This document shows, in pieces, positions 63,777 through 64,000 of a stretch of DNA of 64,000 nucleotides. Source of the DNA: Octopus vulgaris (Eukaryota); contig OX597823.1 in assembly GCA_951406725.2 (NCBI GenBank), positions 50,840,001 to 50,904,000 of the forward strand. Reading direction: 5' to 3'. The translations under genes were made by a program, and so were the position numbers. Each line of letters begins with the position of its first letter. Within the stretch, counting starts at the first letter, position 1. The notes under the pieces are model-generated. The model did no database searches, was not told the origin of the DNA, and was given only the letters and a program-made list of their open reading frames with translations.

Positions 63777-64000
63777 AGGCACATGGCCTAGTGGTTAGAG
63801 CAGCGGACTCGCGGGTTCGAATCTCAGACCGGGCGATGTGTGTATTTATGAACGAAACATCTAAGCTCCACACGGCTCCGGCAGAAGGTAATGGCGAACT
63901 TCTGCTGGCTCTTTCGCCACAACTTTCTCTCACTCTTTCCTCCTGCATATTGCAGCTCACCTGCGACGGACCGGCGTCTCGTCAAGGTGGGGGACTTATA
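63777..64000 (+). mobile_element. SINE family D with tail X (runs off the window)
   Basis: Near-identical to 31895-32135. Confidence 0.9.

Overview
AT-rich, microsatellite-dense animal DNA, most likely cephalopod (octopus-type), judged from its tRNA-derived SINE families. I can support no host protein-coding exon in 64 kb, so this is intergenic or intronic sequence built largely from transposable elements. The one long reading frame is a 5'-truncated but almost intact CR1-clade LINE ORF2 (endonuclease + RT, minus strand, 25609-28467) broken by a single in-frame TGA. Its 3' end is shared, with a covarying stem-loop, by the abundant SINE family A, which points to a LINE-SINE partner pair that favours (TA)n tracts. 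Other retroelement remnants: two L1/Tx1 LINEs, RTE fragments, an R4/Dong-like fragment, and a Penelope-like GIY-YIG fragment whose inverted pseudo-LTRs each carry a minimal hammerhead-like motif with an A3:U8 core. DNA elements: three mariner remnants, a full-length DD36E Tc1, hAT, Tc1, Tigger-like and Merlin-like MITEs, a non-autonomous Helitron and a fold-back element. There are also dozens of SINE copies with modular head/tail swapping and self-nesting. SINE labels A-D and tail labels 1, 2, X, Y, Z are my own. Most ORFs in the supplied track are microsatellite artefacts.
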